64,000 bases of DNA from Amoebophrya sp. A120 (taxonomy: Eukaryota; Protista; Dinoflagellata): NCBI GenBank assembly GCA_905178155.1, contig CAJINV010000013.1, positions 1,616,281 through 1,680,280 of the forward strand, read 5' to 3'. The notes beneath the pieces were generated by a model. The model ran no database searches. It worked only from the letters and a program-made list of their open reading frames with translations, and was not told where the DNA came from. Shown here in pieces: positions 23,801-34,508 of the stretch. Every line of letters begins with the position of its first letter. The stretch's first letter is position 1. A program made the position numbers and the translations under genes.

Positions 23801-26800
23801 GCCATCTGGACCGCTCCCTCTTCCATCTCGCACCAAAAGGTCGGCGGGGGGACCAAGCCCTCCTTGCACACCAGGGGGTCCCCGTTTTGGTCGGTCACAT
23901 TTGCCATCTGGGCCGCTCCCGGCACGAGGACCGTCCAGTCCACGTTTTGCAGCGAATTTCCAAGACGAGCTTCCAATAGGGCCTGCTCTTGCCAAGTCGG
24001 ATTGCAGGGTTTCCATGCGGGTCCGTCGCAACCCGCAAATGCCACGGGGCCTCCGGCGGCCGGGCAGTCAAACACCGGTGGCGGCCCCAGCTCGGCTTTG
24101 CAGGCCAGATCGCCCACGCTTTTGTTCTCTTCCCCGGCAAGGATTGCGGCGGCCCAGTCGATTCCAGTGACGTCGTCGAGGCCGTTCAGGAGTTTCGTTC
24201 CCATGTCTTCCAGGATTGGGCCCAGGGGAGCGGTGCAAGGCGCCGCCGGATCGCACCCATAAACCGTCAGTGTACGTCGACCTTCATCTGCAGTTGGGCA
24301 GTAAAACGTCGGCGTCCCGTGATACCCCGGCAGGCAATTTTGACCTGGGAAAGATCCGGCGGTAGCGCCAGCAGTGAAATTCCCCAAAACCTGGTCCCAC
24401 GGAACATCGACCCATGGATACCCGTGGGCCTCGGTAGTACTTTGGTCTGGCGCAAGGCAGCGGTCACTTGCAGCGTCACACCCGGACAACTCCACCGGAA
24501 CGTCGCCGGAAGCTGGACAAGAAAATGTTGGTGTGCCAGTTGCGTCGGCGGCTTGGCAGGAAACGGTGGCGACCACTACACCGGTTGTTCCGGGAGGGAC
24601 GGAGAAACCCCAGTCGAGGACTTGTTGTCCGTCTATGGTCAGCTTGTCGAAGTCGCTCTGCCCTGGTTCACGGCAGCGGACCGCGCACCCGTGCATCTGC
24701 AGCTCCGCTTCCGCATCCCCGCACAAAAACGTGGGCTTCGCGGGATCGCGATCGGCTAAAAATATCATAAGCAAAAATGTCCCGCCGACCCCATTTGGCT
24801 ACACAAATCAACAAGCTTTGGCTGCTCTTCCACATGACGAATTTTGGCTCATGAGAAATCGCTCAGCTACAGCTTATCCCGATTCTAGCATGACAAGCCA
24901 TCAGATAGGATTTAGAAAACGCCTGCGCCTCTGAACACGTGATCGCTGCGCATGAGAAACGTTTCTTTTCAAGCTTGCAGATTTGCCTGACAAGTCTGGG
25001 GTACTAGGCACGCTTTTACACAGGATACCGCAAGAAACCCCGTCAATCTCCGACGCGGACGTTTGTCCAGGAGCGAAAGTTTCGTTGACCAAGACCGCTG
25101 TCCAGTTGAAATCATCGCCGACGCTCAGCTTTTGTCGTTCGGTGTCGTTTGGCTTGACGCAAGGGCCGGCAGACGATTCCACAACTTCGCACCCGGAGGT
25201 CATCTGCACCTGGCCACCCGAGGGTGGGCACGAAAACTTCGGTGACCCCCTGGCTGACGGATCGCTGCAAACGAGAGGCTGTGAAGAAGACCCGTCTGAA
25301 CCCACCACGCTAATTTCCTTCTCTTGTTCTCCCGGGCTGATGACGGAATCCCAATCCGTGACAAGATCGAAATTTGTCACATTGTCCTTCAGGTGATCTA
25401 TATCCGTGGGAGTAATCCAACACTTTTTACAACCCGTCATTTCCACCGTGTCGCCCGCGCTTGGGCAACTGAAGAGTGGCTTTGTTGTCTCGTCGTGTTT
25501 GCAGGTAATTCTGCCTCCGGACAGTTCCACGGGGGTATTCGTATTACCCGGCAGCAGCTCTGCCCTCATCAGTTCATTGCTCCAGTCTGTATTCGCCTCT
25601 TGCAAACCGTCCGTGATGTGGTACATGAGAGCATTGTCCAGTGGCGCGACGCAGCCTTGGACCTCCTCGCAGCAGGAAACTGTGCAGGCCTCCTCGACTT
25701 TGTTGACGGTTGAGGCGTCGCCTAGAGAGCTGAGACTATCGTCGCACTGCGTCGCGTCGGTCACGCTATCCTTCTGCTTCCAATATGTGCCACTGGTTTC
25801 ATTTCGCGACGGGCAATCGAAGCCTTGGCAGACCGGATAGCAACCTGTCTGGCCGTTGTCAGGCCACCGTTCACGAAGATCGTACACGTAGCCGCTACCA
25901 CCGGACTGGTCGCAGCTTGCGCACTGTTGCTCCATAGCGTCATCGCACTCTCGCGTCTCATTCCGGTAGCCGTTGGCACACCCGCAGGCACGTAGCGGCG
26001 TGCACCCGCTCATCACCACTGGTCCACCGTTGACGGGGCACATAAATTCCGCAGCTCCCTGAGCCGAAGCATCTGCGCAGACCAGCGACGGCCCTCCTGC
26101 TGTTGCTGACACGTTTCTGTACACGCCGTCCGGTTGGAGCACCAAATCCCAATCGGTGACAAGTTCGAAATTTGTCACATTGCCCTTCAGGTAATCTATA
26201 TCCGTGGTAGCAATCCAACATTTTTTACAACCCGTCATTTCCACCGTGTCGCCCGCGGCTGGGCAACTGAAGAGTGGCTTTGTTGTCTCGTCGTGTTTGC
26301 AGGTAATGCTGCCTCCGGACAGTTCCACGGGGGTATTCGTATTACCCGGCAGCAGCTCTGCCCTCATCAGTTCATCGTTCCAGTTTATATTCGCAACTTG
26401 CAAACCGTCCGTGATGTGGTACATGAGAGCATTGTCCGGCGGCGCGACGCAGCCTTGGACCTCCTCGCAGCAGGAAACTGTGCAGGCCTCCTCGACTTTG
26501 TTTTCGTCCGAGGCGTCGTCTACCGAGCTGAGACTATCGTCGCATTGTGTCGCGTCGGTCACGCTATCCTTCCGCTTCCAATATGTGCCACTGGTTTCAT
26601 TTCGCGACGGGCAATCGAAGCCCTGGCAGACCGGATAGCAACCTGTCTGGCTGTTCGCAGGCCAGCGTTCACGGACGTCGTATGCAATACTGCGTCCAGA
26701 GTGATCGACTGTGGTGCAGCTTTCGCACATCTCCTGTGGGGAGTCGCAGAAAGCGGTAGCGTTGACATTACCGTTGCTACACTGGCACTGCGAGCAAAAC

Positions 26801-29800
26801 ACCTGCAACTGTTGTCCTTTGGCAGGGCAGTAAAACTGCGGCGTCCCGGTAGAAATCCCGTTGACGTTGCATTTGATCTGCGGGTCAACACCTTCTACAG
26901 TACCCGGCAACTCCCCTCGAACCCGATCTACATGGAAATATTCAAGCACCGCGGTCCAGTTAGCAGGAGCACTCAATTCGACCGGCAGTTGTGCAGCCAC
27001 AGGCGCACTGCAGATTCCGTGGCAACCTTCCACCTGAACCTCCTCGCCCGCTACCGCGCAGAAGAATTTCGGCGTTCCTACATATCCATCGGCACATGTA
27101 GCTCCCGCAATTTCCAGCGGATCCTGCTGCTCTGGTTGAAGGTCAGAGTGACTGCTCCAGTCGATACCTCCCTGAAGCACAAATTGGTCCTGGGCCGGAG
27201 CCGTGCAGCCCTGTTTTTCATCGCAACATGCTCTCGCACACTTGTTTTTCACGTCGAGTTCCTTAAGTGGATAATCTGTTTCAAGCGTCTGGAACGCAAT
27301 ACCCGATTCACAAAACGTGTCAGCACGGACCCCACCTTCTGGCGTGACCCAGTATTTGCCCGCAGATGCTCTTTCGTCGTGCGGCAAAGATTCACACTGC
27401 ATCTCAGCAGCTCCACACACCGGGTAGCACCCCTTTTGATGGCCCGGTGGTCGTGGCCAAGAGTCGTTGACTTGAAACCCCTCGGCACAACTCCCGCAGT
27501 GTTGCGCGTTCTGAAACGGACAAGCATTCACAACATCTACAACTCCGTTTTCACAGTCGCACACCGGTGAATCCCCTCCGTCCGCGGAACACCCCATCAC
27601 CGACAACGGCACATTCGCACCGCTGCAATAAATTATCAGATCTCCCTGAGGCTCAAAACCCTCTGCGCAGGTGATATTTTGGTCAAACCGAGTCGTAGAA
27701 CTATCGACGCCCACGTGATAGTGCTCAATCAACTCGTCCCATGTGACGCTGCCGAGGTTCACTGTGTTTTGTTTGTCTGGCACAGGCTCAGAGCACTTGG
27801 CGACGTCACAGCCTGACATCTCCACCGCGCGTTCGCCATCGCCACCTGCCGGGCATGTAAATTTTGCCGTTCCTATGTAAACTGGACTTTGGCAGGACAC
27901 GCCACCGACCGCAAGTGGTCCCGTTCCGTTAGTCAGACCCGCGTCTGAGAGCGCATCTTTCCACGAATCGAAAGCGCTGTCGAACTCCAATTTGCCTAGG
28001 TCCTCGTCCGTTGGCTTTCTGCAGAGCTCTTCGCAACCTTTCATTTCGACGTGCAGTCCCTCGCCGGGGCAGGACAATTCCGGCGTTCCCACGAACCATG
28101 CGTCCTCGTTACAAGTCACGGTATCAAAATCCGGGCTCCACCAACCTCCAGCAGATGGTGCGAGATTGTCATTTTTAGTCCAAAAGTCGATATCGTGGGA
28201 AGGAGGCAGAGAGAATTTCTGAAGTTCCGCTTCATCGGTTGGAGCGATGCAGCCCTGCTTTTCCTCGCAGCAGGCGCTCGCGCAGAGTGCTTTGGCGCCA
28301 TCGTTCTCGAACGGGTTCGTTTTTAGTGTATCCAAACCGATTCCATCATTACAAAATGTCGAGGCTGTTGCGGTATCGTTTGCGACCCAGTATTTGCCTG
28401 CGGAAGCGTCATCATGCGGCAAACCTTGACACGCAGAGTTAAGATCTGCGCCAAGTGCTCCGCACACCGGATAGCATCCCTTCTGGCCGATGGTCGGCCA
28501 CTTGTCTCTCAATTCAAACCCGCTATGACACGTTTCGCACTTCTCCAGAGCGGACTCGCAGAAAAGCGAGTCATCGACCACGACGTTGCCGTTACTACAC
28601 TGGCATTGATTCGCGCTTTCCGCACAAATCACCTGCAGCTCCTGTCCCGAACTGCCGCACACGAACTCAGCCGTCCCAGTATATTGTGGTCCTTGGCACG
28701 CGATGGCACTACCACCCTCCGGGGAAAACTGGCCTTGTGTTTGACCAACATGGAAATGCGCAAGGATGGTATCCCAGTCGTAGTCACCGGAATCGAGCTT
28801 GGCCTTGTCATCTGAGCCCGGCGCTAAACATCCGTCGAAAACGTCACAGCATGTTGCCGTGCATGCGGCTGTGACTTTGCTGGGGTCTAAGGCATCGGCT
28901 ACCGAGGCGATCGAACCACCTTCGCATGGCGTCTCGTCGATCACGTTATTCTTTCTCAGCCAGAAAGCTCCAGTGCCCTCATTTCGCGCAGGGCAAACGT
29001 AGTCTTCGCAAACCGGGTAGCACCCTGTTTCATCGGGGCTCGGCCAGCCTGACCTCTCTGTGAACCCGTTGCGGCACGAGTCGGGACCGCAGTTTTGCCC
29101 GCCTTCCACCTTACAGTCAACGCGCGCCGAAGAAGCTTTGCTGTTTTCGCAGCTGCACTGCAATATGGGGGCAGTACAGGTGCCATCCAGTGTCACTGCT
29201 GTCCCAGCGGTCTCGCATTTGAAACTCGGATTTTGTTCGTTGTGTTTGCAAGCCGGTGCTGCGACGCCGACACCAGATATTAAGTCGTCGTCCTCTATGC
29301 TCATCCAAGCACCCCCGCTTGCACTGGGCTCGAACTTCGCCATCGCCAGCACTTTGTTCCAGTCTACGTTGTGGAGGTTCTCGACCCATGGGTGCGAGAG
29401 AGGCGTGGGTGCGATACAGCCTTGAACTTCTTCACAACAGGTAACTTTGCAGGCATCTGCCACTGCAGGACCTGCGCTGTTCGACGCCTGATCTTTCGTG
29501 AGGTTCACGCAAAAAGCATCGTTTGATGCATCATTTCGTTTCCAGTACTGTCCAGTGGCCGCATCCCCCGCCGGACACTCACGGTTTCCGCACACTGGGT
29601 AGCACCCTTGCTCCCCGGAGAACGGCCAGTTGGGGCGCAGTGCGTAGTTATCGGTCGTGCATGCTGTGCAGTACTGCATCGGCGAACTGCAGAACCACTG
29701 GTCCTGAGATTGATGGTCCCCGTTGTCACACTGGCATTTGCTCACGTACGCCGACGTTTTCACGGCGCAGACCGTGTTGGCTCTATTGGTATTACTCTTA

Positions 29801-31749
29801 TTGGGTCGAGTGTACGTGATTCCCCCTCGAGAGGTGTCGAACCGCCTACACCATCTCTCACTGCCCTTGGCCTGAATCTCGAATGCGATGCATGTATCAT
29901 CAGCATCACAGTCACTCCTGCATGTCTCTAGATTTGCCTCCACTTCCGAAAATGGAGTTGCCCGCTCACCGTCCGCACCGGCGGACTCCACTGTCCCTAT
30001 GGCGCAAAAGCTGCTCCAGTGCTCCTGATACGCTACGTCATTCTTGTACTCCTCGGTGTACGTGGCCTCGACTTTCAGTGCGCAAACATTTTGCACGCCG
30101 CTGGTGCCCTTGTATCGCCTTCTCTCAGAAGACGGAGCACTGGCACCACTCCTGCGCCTCATCAACATCATATTTGTACCGACGACGCGCGTCCCCGAAT
30201 TTGAGGGCAGCAAAACACACCTAGGAGCGTCCGCACTCCACGGTATTCCATCCGCCGCTGTCTCGTACGCAACACATTCAGAATCGGCCGTGCATTCCTC
30301 CTCGCATCTCTCGTCAATGTCTGAAACGTCTCCTTCAACGGTCACGCTCCACGCATCTCTGTCCTCACCCCTGAAAGTTCCGGCGGGAACGCGACGTCTC
30401 CCCCCACTTTCAGCAGGGATATCCGCTACCGCAGCCGAGTCACTTGGATTCGTCGTTCGGCAATCTACACCGAAGTGCTTCTCGAATGTCACCTTGGGAA
30501 AGAAACTGCTACTACGCTCGCCCAGCTATCATGCGGAAAAAATTGCCAACCCCTACCGAAGCAGTTCTTTCTTCTCCTTATTCTACTTCTGCATGATCTC
30601 TATACAAAACTGGCCAATTAGGAATCATCCGCAGACTAGGGGGCAAGGACAAGCTTGCTCCTCCTGCTCCTCCTGCATGTTATTCGTATTGTAGGCGAGC
30701 ACCTAACTTCTATGCTCACCCCAGTGCGGAGATCTCGTAAGTATTAATATTATGCTCAGGAGCGAGATAGCACGACATTGATCTCTTGTGACTACATTCA
30801 TATATTTTTAAGCACATTGAGTATGGGGGGGGGGAGTTTTTCCTCACAATACCAGTTCCAGAAAGTTCTTGGGTCGCAAGGATCGCCTTTGAAACACTTG
30901 CCGCGAATGTGCATCTCGTTGCCGCGAAGCAGAGGACCTTGCGAGACGGTCTTTCTTCGTCTGCTCTTTGGTGCGTTTCCGTCCTTCTTCTTGCTGCAGT
31001 ATCTCGGCCGCGGGGAAATAATTTTCCTCTACTTCCTCGGTAAAAGCAGCTTTCATTTTCCTCATGGCCCCGACATCAAGCGTAGTCTTTGTCTTCTGCT
31101 TCAGCAACGGACGCGACGGCAAAAACTCTCCGGCTGCTTCTGGAATTCTTCCGTATCCATTCTCTCGTCCCGCAGTTGTTTCTACTGCTTCCTCGTGTTG
31201 ATGTAGATGCGCCCAGCTGCTTCTAGATGAATCTTCGGTGACATAATCGACGACGCTGCTCTGTTTATCATTTTCATCTGCGCCGGCGATGAAGCTGCTC
31301 TCGCTCGCCTCGGCGGAACTCGAATCCCAGGTTCCCGGATAGGCGGAAAGGTCGTGGAGTTGATCAACATCATCGCTATCACTATCACGGTCACCATCTA
31401 CAACCTCGTGGTCTAGCACGGAGCTGCTACTGGGTTCATCTTCCTGCTCCTCCTCTTCGGAATTGGATTTGTCTTCCGAATGTTCTACGGCAACCTCCGA
31501 CGACTGCTCCGCATGGAGCAGGTCAGTCCCATGATCTAGATCAGAACCCTTGTCGACCCTCTGTGAGGTGGCACTCCGTGAAGCCCGCTTGATGTGCAAC
31601 GGCAACGGGGTAGACACTCGCTTGCTCGCTTTGTAATTCGCCACGCCGACCCGCAAGGCAAGGAAAGATTCAATTTCCAGGAAGAAGAAAGTAGAACAGA
31701 GGAGGGGGCAAATACTAGAAACTAGCCCGCGGCACGACCGGACCTTCAT
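17830..31749 (-). CDS. Giant (~3100 aa) type I membrane protein: signal peptide, two PAN/Apple-like modules, long Cys-rich repeat ectodomain, TM helix, Ser/Lys-rich cytoplasmic tail; about 11 exons
   Basis: Hydrophobic N-terminus (MKVRSCRGLVSSICPLLCSTFFFL). PAN-like CEEECTADSECVAYE and CRSDCDADDTCIAFE. Repeated WP..Q.GCYPVC and GTP.F.CP modules. TM IVIFFVVVLGVVVMIGAVVFLFW. ORF pieces join in frame across 9 introners and 1 GT-AG intron. Confidence 0.8.
17889..18223. mobile_element. Introner family C-like, decayed TSD CCTAT/TCTAG
   Basis: TATCCGCTGCAAAAACCTCCCC...GGGGCTGTTTTTGCTCAGGATA. Removal gives SRQSSR|ASARMKKP...KL-stop. Confidence 0.75.
18483..18871. mobile_element. Introner family C-like, decayed TSD CCGCA/TCGAG
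   Basis: TATCCAGCGTAAATTAGTACAACCCC...GGGGTTTACTGATTTGTGTACGCCGGATA. Removal gives VPRPS|TSFSEATG in frame. Confidence 0.75.
19693..19920. mobile_element. Introner family C, TSD TGCCC/TGCCC
   Basis: TATCCTGACGAAAAATATCCCCA...TGGGGACGTTTTTACCCAAGATA. Removal gives TNQEG|SAGVIGSF. Confidence 0.88.
20573..20927. mobile_element. Introner family C-like, decayed TSD TAGCA/TGACC
   Basis: TATGATGAGAAAAAACGT...ACGTTTTTCCCCAGGATA. Removal gives FWS|PGGEEDDD. Confidence 0.7.
20944..21213. mobile_element. Introner family B variant, TSD AGAAC/AGAAC
   Basis: Near-perfect ~30-bp TIR TATCAAATGTAAAAATGTCTGGGTCTGGAA. It interrupts the TM-helix coding sequence. Confidence 0.92.
21375..23173. mobile_element. 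Expanded introner-derived intron (left end TATCCAGGTAGAAAGCGCCCCTTTT, right end eroded), direct repeat ACTCC/GCTCC
   Basis: Joins RKEQE to (S/P)APDEDAETG in frame and contains a nested TIR element. Confidence 0.55.
21639..22973. mobile_element. Nested 1.3-kb non-autonomous TIR element with internal tandem repeats
   Basis: Perfect 21-bp TIR TGGTAACCAAATGCGTGCGCG (21639-21659 / 22953-22973). Three ~65-bp internal repeats at 21862-22110. No credible ORF. Confidence 0.8.
23505..23761. mobile_element. Introner family C, TSD GATTC/TAATC
   Basis: TATCCTGTGTAAAAACG...CGTTTTTACATGCGATA. Joins ASPEEE to (E/D)SSHGPLIEPC. Confidence 0.8.
24763..25027. mobile_element. Introner family C with lost TSD; spliceable as GT-AG (24756-25028)
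   Basis: TATCATAAGCAAAAATGT...ACGCTTTTACACAGGATA. Transcript reads TGCG|GTATCC...TTTTTAG|CCGAT, giving VSC|ADRDPAKPTFLC. Confidence 0.8.
25346..26681. repeat. Recent intragenic duplication (~540 bp; copies ~25346-25883 and ~26144-26681, offset 798 bp)
   Basis: Near-identical DNA encoding RERWP..QTGCYPVCQGFDCPSRNETSGTYWK...CKKCWI twice. Confidence 0.9.
30527..30851. mobile_element. Degenerate family A-like introner, TSD CCAGC/CCAGT
   Basis: TATCATGCGGAAAAATT...GGGGAGTTTTTCCTCACAATA, 325 bp. Removal gives KNFLEL|GERSSSFFPKVTFEKH. Confidence 0.85.
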
Positions 31750-32749
31750 TTTTCTTTTGTGTTGCGACTGGTATCTATCGTGAAGGGTTTTCGGAAATAA
31801 ATCCTCCTTTATTCCTGCGCCATTGCGCACCCGTGACTGCAGTGTGCAGAGTAGCCAGTGCTACACCACGTTAACGCAAGGGGGAGAGTCTGAAAAAGAA
31901 TATCGTGGCGGAAAAGGAAAACTCGATAAAGCCCAAAAGAATAAAGGCCGGGCACTTATTGCTAGGGGGGACGATGGGAGAGGATCAATTGGGAGGTGCG
32001 TCTTCATATCACAGCTCAGCAGCATTGCATCCATATGCTTCTCTGCCTGGATAGTAAATTGACTTTGGCGTTTTATTGTTCGTTGCTCAACTGTACGCAC
32101 AATCGATCTGTACCACGATCGAAGACAGTTGTGCAATAGCATGCAAGGCACAAGAACGACCGGCACGATAGACATATCTGCACTAATTTTTTGAGGGACG
32201 AAAAGAGACGCGTACTTCTTTGTACGATGACGAAGAAGATCTTTCTAACGCTAACCAGAGCAGGCGGATCGTTTGGAGGTTTTCCAGGTCATTTACGAAG
32301 CAAAAGCACGATGAGCCAGCGGATAGGAAATTTGCAGTGTGCACGAGTTGCAAATTCCCTAACATCTTCTGCGAAGCTCTTCTATTAAAAGCAGACACTA
32401 GTAGGTGGATGATGTCGCGCAACGAAGTAGTCGTATCGTCGTCTCGAGATCATCAAGTAAGGCACAACCATAATGCCGAGGGTGCTTCACAGATAAAAAT
32501 AAAACTGGTGCCTTTGATATTTTGTTCGGCGGAATTATGTGTGGTCCTCGCAAAACGATTGTTCCGATTGGATGATCATGCTATCCAAACACAAAGCGAA
32601 AACATAGGAACGAATGTAGCGCTGAAAAAAAAAATCATGTAGTATACGAAAAAGAAATGAAAAAAATAATAGTGTTGCCATTACAGCGATGTAAAAAAAA
32701 TCGAGAGAAGAAAAACTTCGTATCTATGACGGCTCCAATCCTCGCACCT

Positions 32750-34095
32750 TCACGCCGTTTCATCGGTGAATGAAAAATTTATCCTCGAGGGGAGCCGGAC
32801 CAGTGAAGCGGGCTGCTGCTGCTCGTCTACCACTTGCACGGAACTCGGGAGACCCAGCTGTTGGCTCTTCCGTACATTCTCTTGGTGCTGCTCCCTCTAT
32901 CCCACGAAAAAAGTGTTACAGTTACACATTTGTAGTGAATTCAGCAACACAAATTTCTCTGCATGAGAGAGAAAACTTGTAATGCAGAAATCCTACGGGA
33001 AAACACCTATCAAACGAGGCCTCTATGCATATCCGGCATGACAGAGCTTGTCTGTCTTGCTTGGCCTGCAACGCAATGTGTAACTGTAACACTTTTTTCT
33101 TGCGATACCCTCGCGGCCTGCAGCAGTAACGAAGGTGGACCACGTATCCTGAGCAAAAATGTACCCACCCCAGAGTTGTCATGCAGATTTGCAGCTACAG
33201 GAAGACTTGTAATGCGCATCCACATGAGAGGCATTTCCAATCGCGTTTTGCGCTTTGTAATGCTGTCGACAGGATGAGTAGCTGGATTTGTGTTGCGGCT
33301 GTGCTTGCTAAACTGCACTACAATACAGAGACGAACTTGTCATGCGTGACTCACAAAACTCCTAGGTTTGTGTTGCAAAATCCCCAGCTTGACTCTGGTG
33401 TGGGTACGTTTTTACTCAGGATACCACGTATCACCGAAGACATGCTATTCTCGGAAGCCGGAACTTGTTGTTGCACTTGGTCGGCCGCTTCGTCTGCCGG
33501 ATAGAGGATTTCACTTCCCATCCGCAATTTCTTGCTTGTCCTCTGTCCGCTTTCGCCGCCCGCACTTTTGATGATCATACTATCTGCAGCAGTACTTGCG
33601 GGCCCCTGTGCTGCGCTCGCCGGGGAGGCGTCCCTCAGGAAGGATTTCGATCTCTTCCCACTATCCAGGAGCAAAAAGAAGAGAGCATAGCATAAAAAAT
33701 TCTGTATCCTTTATGCAAAAACGAATATTAACGAAACAATCTCTGTCTCCTGCCTGGCCACGATGGCCGCCGGCACGGCATGGTCGGGGCTCGTGGTGCA
33801 TGACAGGCTCTTGCTAGGAACACTTTTCAAATAAAAGTAGAACTAGTAGTAGAAGTGCGTGATATTCGTTTTTGCATTTACAAACTATGCTATGCTCGTG
33901 ATGATTTTTACTGTGATACCCAGCGAATGACGCCCTCTTCTGCAGGGCAGAGACCATCTCACTTGCACGCGCGGCGGCACTCCTCCTACCACTCGTGTGC
34001 GCGAGCGCATGGGGCAGAAAACTGCCAAGTCTTCCGGAGCCCTCTCGTTGCAGCGCCGAACCGGGACCGACGGCGCTCTTTATTTTCTTTCTCAA
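32750..34095 (-). CDS. Hypothetical low-complexity protein, at least 4 exons (start uncertain)
   Basis: ORF pieces 33814-34095, 33351-33674, a 33108-33144 mini-exon and a terminal exon join in frame after three introners are removed. Confidence 0.55.
32898..33107. mobile_element. Introner (TIR TATCCCACGAAAAAAGTGTTACAGTTACACATT), TSD CCCTC/CCCTC
   Basis: ~33-bp TIR. Removal gives QAAR|EQHQENV. Confidence 0.9.
33145..33423. mobile_element. Introner family C, TSD CCACG/CCACG
   Basis: TATCCTGAGCAAAAATGTACCCACCCCAGAGT...ACTCTGGTGTGGGTACGTTTTTACTCAGGATA. Removal gives SVIRG|PPSLLL. Confidence 0.92.
33662..33918. mobile_element. Degenerate introner, TSD CCCAC/CCCAG
   Basis: TATCCAGGAGCAAAAA...TTTTTACTGTGATA. 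Removal gives RASFAG|KRSKSFL. Confidence 0.75.
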
Positions 34096-34508
34096 CTTTT
34101 TTGCCCTACGTTTTTGCCCACCGGTATCCGACGAGTTGTAGTCGCTGAAGTCGTATCAACCGCAAATATCATGTCAATCGGGTCTGGAAATAAAGTACTT
34201 GTGCGCGATATAATTTTTCCTTTCTTTTAATTGCTTTTTATCAATCTCTGTTGATGCAGTCGATAAAATCACACGACAGTCAAAATCACCGACATCCATC
34301 CTAACCAACTAAAAACTTACGGATTGCTTTGCGCCGCGTGACAAGCAGCTACAGTACGGCATTCATACTCGATCCGCTTCTGCTCAACATGCATTTGTGT
34401 GATATAATCGCGCCTCCAAGACAGACTTCATCTTGAAAGAACATCTACATCTTCAGTTGTAGACGTTGGCATAACTCATATTTCATTCAGACCTTCTCGA
34501 CGTAATAT

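Noticed and set aside
26134-27570. 478-aa plus-strand ORF and other long antisense ORFs (42202-43203, 57807-58676)
   Set aside because: These are shadow frames of GC-rich minus-strand genes with no motifs.
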